From: Pseudobdellovibrionaceae bacterium
GTDB taxonomy: Bacteria > Bdellovibrionota > Bdellovibrionia > Bdellovibrionales > UBA1609
Direction of reading: 5' to 3'
NCBI GenBank assembly: GCA_025354795.1
Contig: JANXMF010000216.1
Span: 1,138 to 65,137 of the forward strand
DNA length: 64,000 bases
The position numbers and the translations under genes are program-made. Shown in pieces: positions 54,458-63,742 of this stretch; positions within the stretch are counted from its first letter, which is position 1; every line of letters starts with the position of its first letter. The notes beneath the pieces are model-generated. The model was given only the letters and a program-made list of their open reading frames with translations, had not been told where the DNA came from and ran no database searches.

Positions 54458-54970
54458 ATGATGCGTTCCATAGTCTACGTCATCGCCCTGTTTTTGTTTC
54501 TGCAACTCAGCGGATGCAAAAAAGAGGATCCGAACCCAGAGCTGCTTGATCCAATTTTCAAGGATCTCGACAAGCGCGCTTCGGACTATCAGAAGAGTTT
54601 GGACGAAGAGATCAAACATCAAGCTGAAATTCGCGTGGCGCTTGAAAAGGCTGAGCCAAACACTCTGGATTTTAAAAATGCCCGTCGAGATATGAAAAAA
54701 TCCCTCACCCTGTCTTTGGATTTCGAGCAAAAAGGTCGTTATTTTCAGATTCGTGCGAAACGTCGACTATTCACGGATAGAATAGCTTATAAAGCGGCCT
54801 TCGCAAAGAACGAGCCCTGGCCCGATCCGCGTGAATACTCTGACTATCAGGTGAATATGCGGCTACAAGATGTGCCCAGAAACTGGAATACTCGAGTACC
54901 CAAACTCCAAGATAGAATAGCCAATGCTAGAAAACCGGCGGCGGAGAAAGAAAACCCGAAGGAAGAATAA
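54458..54970 (+). CDS. Hypothetical lipoprotein
   Basis: MMRSIVYVIALFLFLQLSGC is a signal peptide with lipobox LSGC. AGGGAG lies upstream of the ATG. The mature part is charged and helical. Confidence 0.65.
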   Translation: MMRSIVYVIALFLFLQLSGCKKEDPNPELLDPIFKDLDKRASDYQKSLDEEIKHQAEIRVALEKAEPNTLDFKNARRDMKKSLTLSLDFEQKGRYFQIRAKRRLFTDRIAYKAAFAKNEPWPDPREYSDYQVNMRLQDVPRNWNTRVPKLQDRIANARKPAAEKENPKEE

Positions 54971-54984
54971 GTTCCACGTGGAAC
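54971..54984. promoter_or_regulatory. Candidate parS centromere site (perfect 14-bp palindrome GTTCCACGTGGAAC)
   Basis: It matches the core of the parS consensus tGTTNCACGTGAAACa, with the GTTCCAC half-site on both arms. It lies about 0.6 kb from parA, in the 15-bp gap between two convergent genes. Confidence 0.5.
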
Positions 54985-54985
54985 T

Positions 54986-55690
54986 TCAGGTTTTCTGAGT
55001 AAGTACGACCGCGCGGCGCGCCTGACTAACCGGAAAGGTATATTCTCCCAATAAACTAGGAGTCCATATCGAAATAAGCTGAGAGGGCAGCTCGGCGATC
55101 TCTTTTGACCAACTGCTGCCCTTCATGTGCACGAATTGACCCCCGCGAGAAAAAATCTTGTTAAAACTTAAAAGATTTTTAGAAATCGACGCTACCCCTC
55201 GCGAAATTGCAAACTCCATTCCGGTTGTCGTAAGCTCTTCAAAGCGGGAAGTGATCACACGCACATTTTTCAATTCCAACCTGCTCACACAATGCTTAAG
55301 AAATTCACCCTTGCGGACGTCGCTATCCACTAAAACATACTCTTGCTTCGGATCCATAATCGCGAGCACAAGGCCCGGAAATCCATTTCCAGAGCCGATA
55401 TCGTAGCGCGTGGGGGCCCCAGGAATTTTCATCAAAATTTCTGCAAATAAGATGCAATCGGCAAAATGGGTCTCATCCGCATCGCGCTCCGTGCCCTTTG
55501 AGATTAGGTTCAATTTGGCATTGAATTTGAGCAACTCGAAATGAAAGGCCTTAAGCTTAAGCCCAACATCGGAAGGCAAATTAGGAAACCAAGCGGGAAT
55601 TCGCCACAAAGCGTTACCGTCTTTCGGTTGACTTTGTTTGGGCGGCGAAGACTTTGGAGGCGGCGAATATCGGCCTTTCAAGTTGGACAC
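54986..55690 (-). CDS. rsmG: 16S rRNA (guanine527-N7)-methyltransferase RsmG (GidB)
   Basis: [18 protein letters not shown] motif. It lies downstream of mnmG with a 13-nt overlap. Confidence 0.85.
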   Translation of the reverse strand: MSNLKGRYSPPPKSSPPKQSQPKDGNALWRIPAWFPNLPSDVGLKLKAFHFELLKFNAKLNLISKGTERDADETHFADCILFAEILMKIPGAPTRYDIGSGNGFPGLVLAIMDPKQEYVLVDSDVRKGEFLKHCVSRLELKNVRVITSRFEELTTTGMEFAISRGVASISKNLLSFNKIFSRGGQFVHMKGSSWSKEIAELPSQLISIWTPSLLGEYTFPVSQARRAVVLTQKT

Positions 55691-57549
55691 TCCTTGGCCG
55701 AACGGCCTTTCAAATAAACAATAATGGCTTGGATTGCCGAAGGGTTTACGCCACTAATGCGTTGAGCCTGACCCAGGGACCGGGGACGAATAGACGTCAG
55801 CTTCTCAACTTCCTCTCGCGACAATCCGCGAATCAATGAATAGGACAGGTCCATTGGTAAGTAAATATCTTCCATTTTACGTGCCATTTCGATCATTTCG
55901 TTTTGACGGCGAATGTACCCAGAGTACTTCAATTGAATCTCAACGGGGACGTACACGGCTTCATCCTCATCGGGGTCAATTCCAAAGCACGAAAGATCTA
56001 GACACGAAATCTCATCGCGGCGAAGTAAGTCAGCACAAGTTGTGGGCTTTAGAATAACTGGCGTATTGAGTTCAGCCAGTTTACGCAGGGTTTCGGCATT
56101 GGGGACCAGGACTTTTGACTGAAGCGAATGAAGCAGCTCTTGCTGGCGCAAAAGAAGGCTGTTCAAATGGTCATAGTCATGACTACTCAACAAACCAAAA
56201 CTAAATGCCAATTCTGCTAAACGCTCGATAGTATTGTCTTCGCGCAAAACTAATCTGAACTCAGCACGTGATGTCATCATGCGATAGGGTTCCTTCGTTC
56301 CTTTGGTGACGAGGTCGTCCACCAGCACTCCCATGTAGGCCTGATCTCGGCGCAAAATTAGCGGCTCGTGCTCAACGTTCTTTAACGCCGCATTAGTGCC
56401 CGCCAAAAGTCCTTGAGCGGCCGCCTCTTCGTAACCGCTGGTGCCGTTGATTTGGCCGGCAAGATAAAGCCCGGGGATTAATTTTGTTTCCAGCGTGTGA
56501 ACAATCGCGTTGGGCTCAATGAAATCATATTCCACCGCGTAACCCGGCCGCAAAATACGCACATTTTCCAAGCCCGCAATAGTGCGCAAAAACTGATATT
56601 GAATGTCTTCAGGCAGGCTCGTCGAAATTCCCTGCAAATAAATATAATTTGTCGAAAGGCCTTCGGGCTCGAGGAAAGTCTGGTGACGGTCTTTGTCGGC
56701 AAAGCGCGTGACCTTGTCTTCAATACTGGGGCAATAGCGTGGGCCAATACCCTCAATCACGCCCATAAACATCGGCGACTTGTCCAAGTTTTTGCGGATG
56801 ATTTCGTGGGTAGCCTCGTTGGTGTAACTCAGGTGGCACGCCACTTGGGGCAAAGCTAAGGTTTTTGGGCTGCGAAAACTAAACGGCATAAACTTTTCGT
56901 CGCCCCATTGCGGGGTTGTCTTGCTCCAATCGATACTGTCGCGGTCCAGGCGCGCCGGTGTCCCGGTTTTCAATCGCGTCACTTGAAAGCCATGCTCACG
57001 CAGCTGTTCGGCAATGCCGCGCGTGGCCTTATCTCCTACGCGCCCGCCCGGGGTTTGCGTTAAGCCCAAATGCATTATGCCGTTCATAAAAGTGCCCGTG
57101 GTAATCACCACGGCGCGCGCGGAAATGGCGACCCCGTCGTCCGTTATCACTCCGACACAGACACCGGCTTCGAGACGCAGAGACTTCACTTCGCCATTGA
57201 GCAGGCTGAGGCCTGGCCGCTGCAGTTGTCTACTCATAAACTGGCAATATAGATCTTTGTCACATTGCGAACGGGAGCCACGCACCGCTGGACCCTTGCG
57301 CGCGTTGAGGCGTTTGAACTGAATGCAGGTGGCATCCGCGGCTTGCGCCATCGCGCCGCCAAGAATGTCAATTTCGCGCACCATATGGCCCTTGCCCAGG
57401 CCGCCGATGGAAGGGTTGCAACTCATGTAGCCGATGCGGCCTAAATTGGTGGTGATCACCAGGATGCGCTGACCAAGGCGCGATGCTGCCAATGCGGCTT
57501 CTACTCCCGCGTGTCCTGCACCGACCACAATGACATCAAAACTTTCCAT
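55678..57549 (-). CDS. mnmG: tRNA uridine 5-carboxymethylaminomethyl modification enzyme MnmG (GidA)
   Basis: [18 protein letters not shown] is the FAD-binding start. 623 aa. Confidence 0.95.
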   Translation of the reverse strand: MESFDVIVVGAGHAGVEAALAASRLGQRILVITTNLGRIGYMSCNPSIGGLGKGHMVREIDILGGAMAQAADATCIQFKRLNARKGPAVRGSRSQCDKDLYCQFMSRQLQRPGLSLLNGEVKSLRLEAGVCVGVITDDGVAISARAVVITTGTFMNGIMHLGLTQTPGGRVGDKATRGIAEQLREHGFQVTRLKTGTPARLDRDSIDWSKTTPQWGDEKFMPFSFRSPKTLALPQVACHLSYTNEATHEIIRKNLDKSPMFMGVIEGIGPRYCPSIEDKVTRFADKDRHQTFLEPEGLSTNYIYLQGISTSLPEDIQYQFLRTIAGLENVRILRPGYAVEYDFIEPNAIVHTLETKLIPGLYLAGQINGTSGYEEAAAQGLLAGTNAALKNVEHEPLILRRDQAYMGVLVDDLVTKGTKEPYRMMTSRAEFRLVLREDNTIERLAELAFSFGLLSSHDYDHLNSLLLRQQELLHSLQSKVLVPNAETLRKLAELNTPVILKPTTCADLLRRDEISCLDLSCFGIDPDEDEAVYVPVEIQLKYSGYIRRQNEMIEMARKMEDIYLPMDLSYSLIRGLSREEVEKLTSIRPRSLGQAQRISGVNPSAIQAIIVYLKGRSAKECPT

Positions 57550-58950
57550 TTATTTACCCAGACAAAATTCGCGAAAAACCCGGTCCATAACCTGGTCGTC
57601 AAACACTAAACCTAAAACTCCGTAGAGTGCCTGCAGCGCGGTTTGAAGTTCCAGTGCAATCAGGTCGGGACTTTCTTCCATATGCATAAGTGGAACAGCT
57701 TTTTCCAAACTTTCCTGCGCGCGTTGCAAGCCATTGAACTGGCGAGCATTGCTGACGACGGCGCAGTCTTCAGCCAGCTCTGCGCGCACGCGGCCACCAA
57801 GCCACTGGCGCAATTCGCTTAAGCCTTGACCGGTGGTGGCACTCACCGGCAGCACAGCTAAGGCATGATCGTAGGTGCTCGCTATGCGATCCGCAACTAA
57901 ATCAATTTTATTCACCACTACGGCGGTTTTACCCCACGGGATCGCCGCAAAATATTCATTTTCGACCAGACTCTCAGTGGCGTCCACGACATAAAGCACG
58001 AGATCAACGTCGCTGAGCCGCGCCACTGTGCGCGCCACCCCGATTTGTTCAATCGCATCCGTGCTCGCGCGTAAGCCCGCGGTGTCGATTAAGGTCACTT
58101 GCGCGCCCTCCATGGAGAGTTCGACTTCGATAAAATCCCGCGTGGTGCCGGCGATCGGCGTAACAATCGCGCGCTCGGCGCCCGCTAGTGCATTGAGAAG
58201 GCTCGACTTGCCCACGTTGGGTTGACCAGCCAAAGCCACTCGAAAGCCGTCGCGCAAAATTAAACCCTGGCGATAACTCTTCAATATTTCGCCTACCAGC
58301 CGCAACAATCCTTCCACTTGCTTCGCCAGTTCGCCCGGCGGCGTGAACACAATATCCTCGCTGGCAAAATCAATGCCTGCCTCAAGATGAGCAATAGTCC
58401 AAGTTAGCCCGTCGGCAATACGCTTGAGCGCTTGTGAAAAATCGCCCTGGAGCTGGCGCAGCGCCACCTGTGCCGCGCGCGGCGAGCGGCTCTCGATCAG
58501 GGCGAGCACACTTTCAGCCTGCACCAGATCAATGCGGCCATTCATAAAGGCGCGCGCCGTGAACTCACCGCGCTCGGCGGGCCGGGCTCCCGCCTCACAG
58601 AGATTGCGCAAGATTTCGTCAACCAGGATTTGGCTGCCATGACAGGAAATTTCAAAACTGGTTTCGCCAGTAAAGCTGCGGCCTTCGGCAAAATAAGACA
58701 CCAGCACTTCGTCGACGGGCTGATCGCCGTCCAAGCGCTTTAAAAAGCCGTAGTAGATTTTATGCGATTCCAATTCTTTGGGTAGGAAGGCAGCGATTTT
58801 GCGCGTGATTTCGCCGGCCCGAGCTCCGCTGATTCTGACTATCGAGATGGCCCCAATCCCGTGCGCCGTTGCCAGCGCACAAATTGTCTCGGAACCTTTA
58901 TCGATTGCCGAAGGCCTCATCGGGGCTGTCATACTCCTCATTCCCGCCAT
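57550..58950 (-). CDS. mnmE: tRNA modification GTPase MnmE (TrmE)
   Basis: G-domain motifs GQPNVGKSSLLN and DTAG, with the C-terminal CLGK. The start is uncertain (Met codons at 58950, 58941, 58932 and 58920). It overlaps the jag 3' end. Confidence 0.9.
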   Translation of the reverse strand: MAGMRSMTAPMRPSAIDKGSETICALATAHGIGAISIVRISGARAGEITRKIAAFLPKELESHKIYYGFLKRLDGDQPVDEVLVSYFAEGRSFTGETSFEISCHGSQILVDEILRNLCEAGARPAERGEFTARAFMNGRIDLVQAESVLALIESRSPRAAQVALRQLQGDFSQALKRIADGLTWTIAHLEAGIDFASEDIVFTPPGELAKQVEGLLRLVGEILKSYRQGLILRDGFRVALAGQPNVGKSSLLNALAGAERAIVTPIAGTTRDFIEVELSMEGAQVTLIDTAGLRASTDAIEQIGVARTVARLSDVDLVLYVVDATESLVENEYFAAIPWGKTAVVVNKIDLVADRIASTYDHALAVLPVSATTGQGLSELRQWLGGRVRAELAEDCAVVSNARQFNGLQRAQESLEKAVPLMHMEESPDLIALELQTALQALYGVLGLVFDDQVMDRVFREFCLGK

Positions 58951-59458
58951 TGTCGTTTTCTTTAATAGGATAAATTTTGATTTTCTTAAAATGACCTTCG
59001 CCGATGGAGCGACTCTTCACCCGACCATCATCGGCAAGGTACTGATGAATGACTTTGCGGTCTTTGGGCGGCAGGGCGCGAAAATAGACCGATTTGCCTT
59101 TGGTCAAAGCAATATCCTTGAGCTTGTCGGCCAAAGCGATAAGCGCTTCGTTGGCGGTCTCGCGAAAATTGGCGCAGTCGAGATTGACGTTGATACCGTC
59201 TTCCGGCGTTTGGTGTTGGAGGGCGCGGCGGACATAGAGTTGCAGGGCGTCCAGCAGTTGGCCTTCTTTCGAAGTCAGAAGTTCCTCGTCTTTACCGGAC
59301 AGATTCACTAAATAAGAACCGTCCTCAAGCACCTTCACGTCGTAAGACAATTCAAGCTGAGCCAACTCGATCAAACGCCCCAAAACATCGTCGATCAGAC
59401 CCTCGGGGCCCTCCGCTTTCTTCTTTTTTCCGAATAATTTTCCGAACAGTCCCGTCAT
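58898..59458 (-). CDS. Jag/KhpB-like RNA-binding protein (KH + R3H domains)
   Basis: 186 aa. The R3H region is LPPKDRKVIHQYLADDGRVKSRSIGEG. It holds the conserved position between yidC and mnmE. Confidence 0.8.
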   Translation of the reverse strand: MTGLFGKLFGKKKKAEGPEGLIDDVLGRLIELAQLELSYDVKVLEDGSYLVNLSGKDEELLTSKEGQLLDALQLYVRRALQHQTPEDGINVNLDCANFRETANEALIALADKLKDIALTKGKSVYFRALPPKDRKVIHQYLADDGRVKSRSIGEGHFKKIKIYPIKENDNGGNEEYDSPDEAFGNR

Positions 59459-59482
59459 ACCTTCTCCTATTTCTGCCCAGTC

Positions 59483-61069
59483 CTAGTTGCTGGCAACTAC
59501 TGGGGATTGCTTCATAAAGTAAGTCTGTTGCGCCACACTGAAAACGGCTCCTACCAACATGTAGAGAGTCAGCCCACTTGGTAATGAAACCATAAAAAAA
59601 GTAAACATCAATGGCATCATCAAAAGAATTTTGGCCTGCGCCGGGTCCATCGTGTTTGGCGTTATTTTCTGTTGCACAAACATAGTGAGACCCATCAAAA
59701 CCGGCAAGATGTAAAACGGATCTTTTAAAGAAAGATCGTGGATCCATAAGCCAAAGGGAGCCTGGTAGAGCTCAATGCTGTTCCCGAGCACCTGATAAAG
59801 GGCGATAAATATTGGAAATTGCAGCAGAACCGGGAGGCAGCTCCCGACCGGATTGACCTTGTGGGCTTTCATTAGCGCCATCATCTCGCGCTGTTGTTTG
59901 GCTTGGTCATCTTTATATTGTTCGCGCAGGGCCTTGATTTGGGGCTGAATGGCCTGCATCGCACGCATGGATTTGTAGGAGTAAATATTGACCGGCAAGA
60001 CCAAAAGCCGCACCACCACCGTCATACAAATAATGGCGATGCCCCAATTTCCCACCATTTCGTAAAATGCCCGCAATAGATCCAAAATATGGCGGCCAAT
60101 CCAGTTGAAAAAACCAAAATCCACCACGTGCGCCAAGTTTTCATCCACGTCGCGCAAAAGCACCAACGACTTCGGGCCCACAAAAGCACTATAAGCTAAC
60201 TCAAAATTGATCGATCGATTCAACACTGGATATTGCAGCAATAGGTCCGCGGCCTTACCCTGATGATTCAGCTGGGCTTTGGCATCAGGCATGATGGATG
60301 ATTTGTCGACAATCGCCTGAGTGAAAAACTGCGAACCCACTGAGGCCACCTTGACCCGGCTCCACGACTTTTGCACATCGTCCTTACCAAAAGCGATGCG
60401 ATCCTTGGTGTCGGCGTAGTCGATGTAGAACTCTTGCTTTGCAAATTGCGGTTGCAGTAGGTTGCCGCTTGCAACGGGCTCGACTTCTTCGGTCATTGCC
60501 GTAGTTAGGCCTACAAACATATCGTCCGCGCCCTCAGCCACAACTTTGAAATTGAGCAAGTATTTATCGGGAATCACTTCCATGGTTTTGGTCACATGAA
60601 TATTGCCGATTGTCGCACGCCCTACGAATAAAGTTGGATTGACTTGCTCCACTTGAAATTGCAGGCCCTCGCTGCGTCCTAAGAGGCGCGTTTCCAGCGG
60701 CAACATATTTTCTTCCGGATGGCCCAACTCGACGACTTCGCCACTGCGGCTCTTATACTTCAAGATGCGAAACGTTTTGATGCCCATTCCGCGCGAGGAG
60801 ATATCGAACGTCAGAGTGTCACTTTCAAAGTGAGTCAATTTTTCGCTGGCGGGCCTTGCTGGCATGGGCGCCTCAGGGGTCACGTCCCTAACCGCTACGC
60901 TCGGTGCGGCCGTGATCAGAGACGTTGACGACACGATGGCTTTGCGACCAGAGGTGGCGTCTGGATATTTCTTTTGCATGTACATTTGCCAACCGACAAA
61001 CGTCAGGCCGACGAGCAATACGGCCATTAAAGTACGGGTGTCTAAAAAACTTTGATTTTCGTTATTCAT
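59483..61069 (-). CDS. yidC: Membrane protein insertase YidC
   Basis: 528 aa. It has an N-terminal TM helix, a large periplasmic domain and the C-terminal 5-TM 60-kDa insertase core. Confidence 0.92.
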   Translation of the reverse strand: MNNENQSFLDTRTLMAVLLVGLTFVGWQMYMQKKYPDATSGRKAIVSSTSLITAAPSVAVRDVTPEAPMPARPASEKLTHFESDTLTFDISSRGMGIKTFRILKYKSRSGEVVELGHPEENMLPLETRLLGRSEGLQFQVEQVNPTLFVGRATIGNIHVTKTMEVIPDKYLLNFKVVAEGADDMFVGLTTAMTEEVEPVASGNLLQPQFAKQEFYIDYADTKDRIAFGKDDVQKSWSRVKVASVGSQFFTQAIVDKSSIMPDAKAQLNHQGKAADLLLQYPVLNRSINFELAYSAFVGPKSLVLLRDVDENLAHVVDFGFFNWIGRHILDLLRAFYEMVGNWGIAIICMTVVVRLLVLPVNIYSYKSMRAMQAIQPQIKALREQYKDDQAKQQREMMALMKAHKVNPVGSCLPVLLQFPIFIALYQVLGNSIELYQAPFGLWIHDLSLKDPFYILPVLMGLTMFVQQKITPNTMDPAQAKILLMMPLMFTFFMVSLPSGLTLYMLVGAVFSVAQQTYFMKQSPVVASN

Positions 61070-61347
61070 ATTCCATCCTTCTGGGGAACCGGATCATAAC
61101 CAAATGGTCCAAGTGGGCGACAGCGGAGCAAGCGGCGCAGCGAGAGCCCAAAGGCCTGCGCCACCGAATGGGTTTGAAAGGCCTGCTGGGCATAACAAGC
61201 GCAACTTGGCTCGAAGCGACACACCCCGCCCACTAAGCCCGACAATGTCGAGCGATAGACCGCCAAACAAAACAGCGCCGTCCCACGCACGACGTCGCTA
61301 GCGATGACGCTCCAATTTGCCCACCATCTTGTCCATAGTTTCATCAA
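61066..61347 (-). CDS. yidD: Membrane protein insertion efficiency factor YidD
   Basis: CRFEPSCACYAQQAF...RLLRCRPLGPFGYDPVP is the YidD signature. The true start may be the GTG near 61293, just after the rnpA stop. Confidence 0.8.
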   Translation of the reverse strand: MMKLWTRWWANWSVIASDVVRGTALFCLAVYRSTLSGLVGGVCRFEPSCACYAQQAFQTHSVAQAFGLSLRRLLRCRPLGPFGYDPVPQKDGI

Positions 61348-61657
61348 ATTCCTTATGGCTTACCCGCGCATAAAAACCCGCGGCCTGCCGTTTAAAAATC
61401 AAATTCATATCTAAACTTGGCTGTTGTTTTGCGGTCCAAGCGCGCAAATACTCCCGGCCCCAGCGCTTAAAGCGATTGCGCAAAACCGCGCCACCTATCT
61501 GACGGGGAATCGTCCATCCGCAGCGCAGTTGCTCTAAGGGAGTTTTTTGCATATTCACCAGAAGCCAAGAGTTGACGTGAAAGCTGGTTCCCGAAGTCTT
61601 AAGACGGAGAAAGTCCGCACGTCGCGACAACGAGCAAAAGCGCCGCTTATTTTCCAC
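61298..61657 (-). CDS. rnpA: Ribonuclease P protein component
   Basis: 119-aa basic protein with the RNR-like motif [13 protein letters not shown], immediately downstream of rpmH. Confidence 0.85.
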   Translation of the reverse strand: MENKRRFCSLSRRADFLRLKTSGTSFHVNSWLLVNMQKTPLEQLRCGWTIPRQIGGAVLRNRFKRWGREYLRAWTAKQQPSLDMNLIFKRQAAGFYARVSHKEFDETMDKMVGKLERHR

Positions 61658-61799
61658 CCGTCTTCACACTCAAGCTCTTGCGGCCCTTAGCGCGGCGGCG
61701 GGATAAAACTTTGCGGCCTGTCTTGGTGGCCATACGGGTGCGAAATCCATGAGTCTTTTTTCGTCTTTTTCGACTGGGCTGATATGTACGCTTTGGCAT
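61647..61799 (-). CDS. rpmH: 50S ribosomal protein L34
   Basis: [45 protein letters not shown]. The ATG at 61799 was chosen inside the longer ORF. Confidence 0.95.
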   Translation of the reverse strand: MPKRTYQPSRKRRKKTHGFRTRMATKTGRKVLSRRRAKGRKSLSVKTGGK

Positions 61800-61998
61800 T
61801 CTTAATGTCTCCACTTGATTAACGACCTGACGCGCCAATAAAGCACATTGCTAAATTTGCAGTCAAGCTGGCTGGTCTGCGCATTACTATCAATTTTCAC
61901 TGTAAATACACGCTAATTCCGCGCCTGTTGAGTGTTAATTGCTTAAATCGCTGGCATCTCCACTCTGTGTCAGTGGTCGGTCTAGCCCATTCAAATCA

Positions 61999-62027
61999 TT
62001 GAAACTTTTATTGGCCGGTGCTAATTA
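61999..62027 (+). promoter_or_regulatory. Possible sigma70-type dnaA promoter (TTGAAA-17 nt-TAATTA)
   Basis: The -35 TTGAAA is at 61999-62004 and the -10-like TAATTA at 62022-62027. The perfect DnaA box lies about 10 nt downstream. Confidence 0.3.
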
Positions 62028-62036
62028 CGACTCCTC

Positions 62037-62045
62037 TTATCCACA
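62037..62045 (+). promoter_or_regulatory. DnaA box, perfect consensus TTATCCACA
   Basis: Exact 9-mer lying 21 nt upstream of the proposed dnaA GTG start, in the position expected for autoregulation. Confidence 0.7.
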
Positions 62046-62065
62046 ATTTGGCGGGGGGGGCCCGG

Positions 62066-63472
62066 GTGAACCTGCAACAGAACCCACATCAAGATTTTTG
62101 GCAGCAAATCAAGAACAGCTTGAAGTCCAAAAATCAGAACAATAAACCTCTGCAAATGTGGTTTGATCCGACCACCTTGATTGGTGTCGAAGACCGCAAA
62201 TCGGGGCGCTGCTTTATGCTAGGAGTGCCGACGGAACTGCATAAATTTTGGCTGTCGCAAAATCTGCTGGAAAGAATTTGCTCTGAAATATCAGCACTTT
62301 ACCAAAATCCTTTTCAAATCGAGTTGTTGGTGACGGGCCAGGAAAACCTCGCCCTTTCGGACAACCTACAGCTGCAATTGGACACCCCACCGGCAGCCGG
62401 TGTCGAAACTGGGGTGGTGGCCAGCAGTTTTGGTTCGCAGCGCGATATGCTCAATACCGATTATACGTTTTCAACCTTCGTAGTGGGCCGCAACAACGAG
62501 TTTGCCCACGCGGCTTCGTTTAGCATTGCCGAAAATCCCGGCAAGGAAAATTACAATCCCCTCTTTATATGTGGACCGACAGGAATGGGTAAAACCCATT
62601 TATTAAACGCCGTGGGCAACCATATTCGCATCGGTTTTCCCCACCTGCGCATTCTTTACGTTTCGGCTGAGCGTTTCTTAAATGAGTGCATCTCAAGTAT
62701 TCGCCGTAACGAAATGGATAAATTCAGGGTGCGTTACCGCGATCAGTGCGACGTCTTGCTGATGGACGACATTCAAATTCTGGGGCGCGGTGAGGCCGTG
62801 CAGGAAGAGTTTTTCCATACCCTAAATGATTTCTTTGAAAAAGATCAGCAGGTCATTGTGGCCTCGGACCGCATGCCGAAAGACATTAAGGGCCTTGAGG
62901 ACCGCATTCGCACGCGTTTGGAATGGGGGTTGATCGCCGACATTCAAATGCCCGATATTGAAACTCGCGTGGCAATTCTAAAATATAAATCGGAACGCAA
63001 GAGCATTATGTTGCCCAATGAAGTGGTAAGCTATGTCGCGCGCATTTCGAAGCGTTCGATTCGTGAACTTGAAGGCAATCTTAATAAAGTGAAAATGTTT
63101 TCGGAGTTACAGGGTTTGCCGATCGATTTGGAGTTAGCTAAGCGCGTACTCTCCACTCATGACGATATCGCCACCATCACCATCGACGACATTCAAAAAT
63201 TGGTATCGGATCATTACAAAGTGCGGCTTCCCGACTTGAAATCCAAGACCCGCACTCGGCCGCTCGTGGTGGCGCGTCAAGTGGCCATGTGGTTGGTTAA
63301 AAAACATCTGGATCGGTCATTAGTCGACATCGGTCGATCGTTCGGTGGCAAGGATCACACCACCGTAATGAACGCCTTGCGTCGAATCGAGGATCAACTG
63401 AACAAGGATTCGGAAATCAAGCGTGATGTCGAAGATTTAGAGAGCCGTATCCACAATATCACAGGAGTGTGA
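62066..63472 (+). CDS. dnaA: Chromosomal replication initiator protein DnaA
   Basis: It has Walker A GPTGMGKTHLL, the AAA+ box LLMDDIQ and the DNA-binding signature in domain IV (KDHTTVMNALRRIE). The GTG at 62066 is preferred over the GTG at 62018, because the latter would place the promoter-like element and DnaA box inside the CDS. Confidence 0.93.
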   Translation: MNLQQNPHQDFWQQIKNSLKSKNQNNKPLQMWFDPTTLIGVEDRKSGRCFMLGVPTELHKFWLSQNLLERICSEISALYQNPFQIELLVTGQENLALSDNLQLQLDTPPAAGVETGVVASSFGSQRDMLNTDYTFSTFVVGRNNEFAHAASFSIAENPGKENYNPLFICGPTGMGKTHLLNAVGNHIRIGFPHLRILYVSAERFLNECISSIRRNEMDKFRVRYRDQCDVLLMDDIQILGRGEAVQEEFFHTLNDFFEKDQQVIVASDRMPKDIKGLEDRIRTRLEWGLIADIQMPDIETRVAILKYKSERKSIMLPNEVVSYVARISKRSIRELEGNLNKVKMFSELQGLPIDLELAKRVLSTHDDIATITIDDIQKLVSDHYKVRLPDLKSKTRTRPLVVARQVAMWLVKKHLDRSLVDIGRSFGGKDHTTVMNALRRIEDQLNKDSEIKRDVEDLESRIHNITGV

Positions 63473-63473
63473 A

Positions 63474-63525
63474 TGTGGATAATGTATAACCCTGTGGATT
63501 GGGTTGTGGATTCAAATGTGGATTC
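63474..63525 (-). promoter_or_regulatory. Cluster of four same-orientation DnaA boxes
   Basis: TGTGGATAA at 63474-63482 is a perfect reverse complement of TTATCCACA. The others are TGTGGATTG (63493-63501), TGTGGATTC (63505-63513) and TGTGGATTC (63517-63525). A further 8/9 box, GTATCCACA, lies at 63447-63455 inside the dnaA 3' end. Confidence 0.75.
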
Positions 63526-63653
63526 AAGTTATGGGGATGTTTTGCTAAGTTTCTAGTGAGAAGGCAGTGCGACATGTCCACGGGGAAAGATAAGTGTAAA
63601 CGGATATTTAAATAGCAAACCGGGAAATCTACACCCCCTACTGCTACTGCTAG

Positions 63654-63684
63654 ATTTATATATATATAAAAGAAGAGAATTAAG
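63654..63684. promoter_or_regulatory. AT-rich candidate DNA unwinding element
   Basis: The sequence ATTTATATATATATAAAAGAAGAGAATTAA lies about 130 nt from the DnaA-box cluster. Confidence 0.5.
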
Positions 63685-63742
63685 GGCGCTAAATTCAGAA
63701 AAAAGACGAAGTGGCAAAAAAGAAGGGATTCAGGAGGAAAAG

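Larger units (their letters stand above)
63473..63742. other. Candidate chromosomal replication origin (oriC) in the dnaA-dnaN intergenic region
   Basis: It contains a cluster of four DnaA boxes followed by an 18-nt pure A/T run with a (TA)n tract. The position is canonical. Confidence 0.7.

Noticed and set aside
54356-54730. 124-aa minus-strand ORF upstream of parA
   Set aside because: It overlaps the plus-strand lipoprotein gene, which has a proper signal peptide, lipobox and SD. This ORF has no recognisable motif and no SD.
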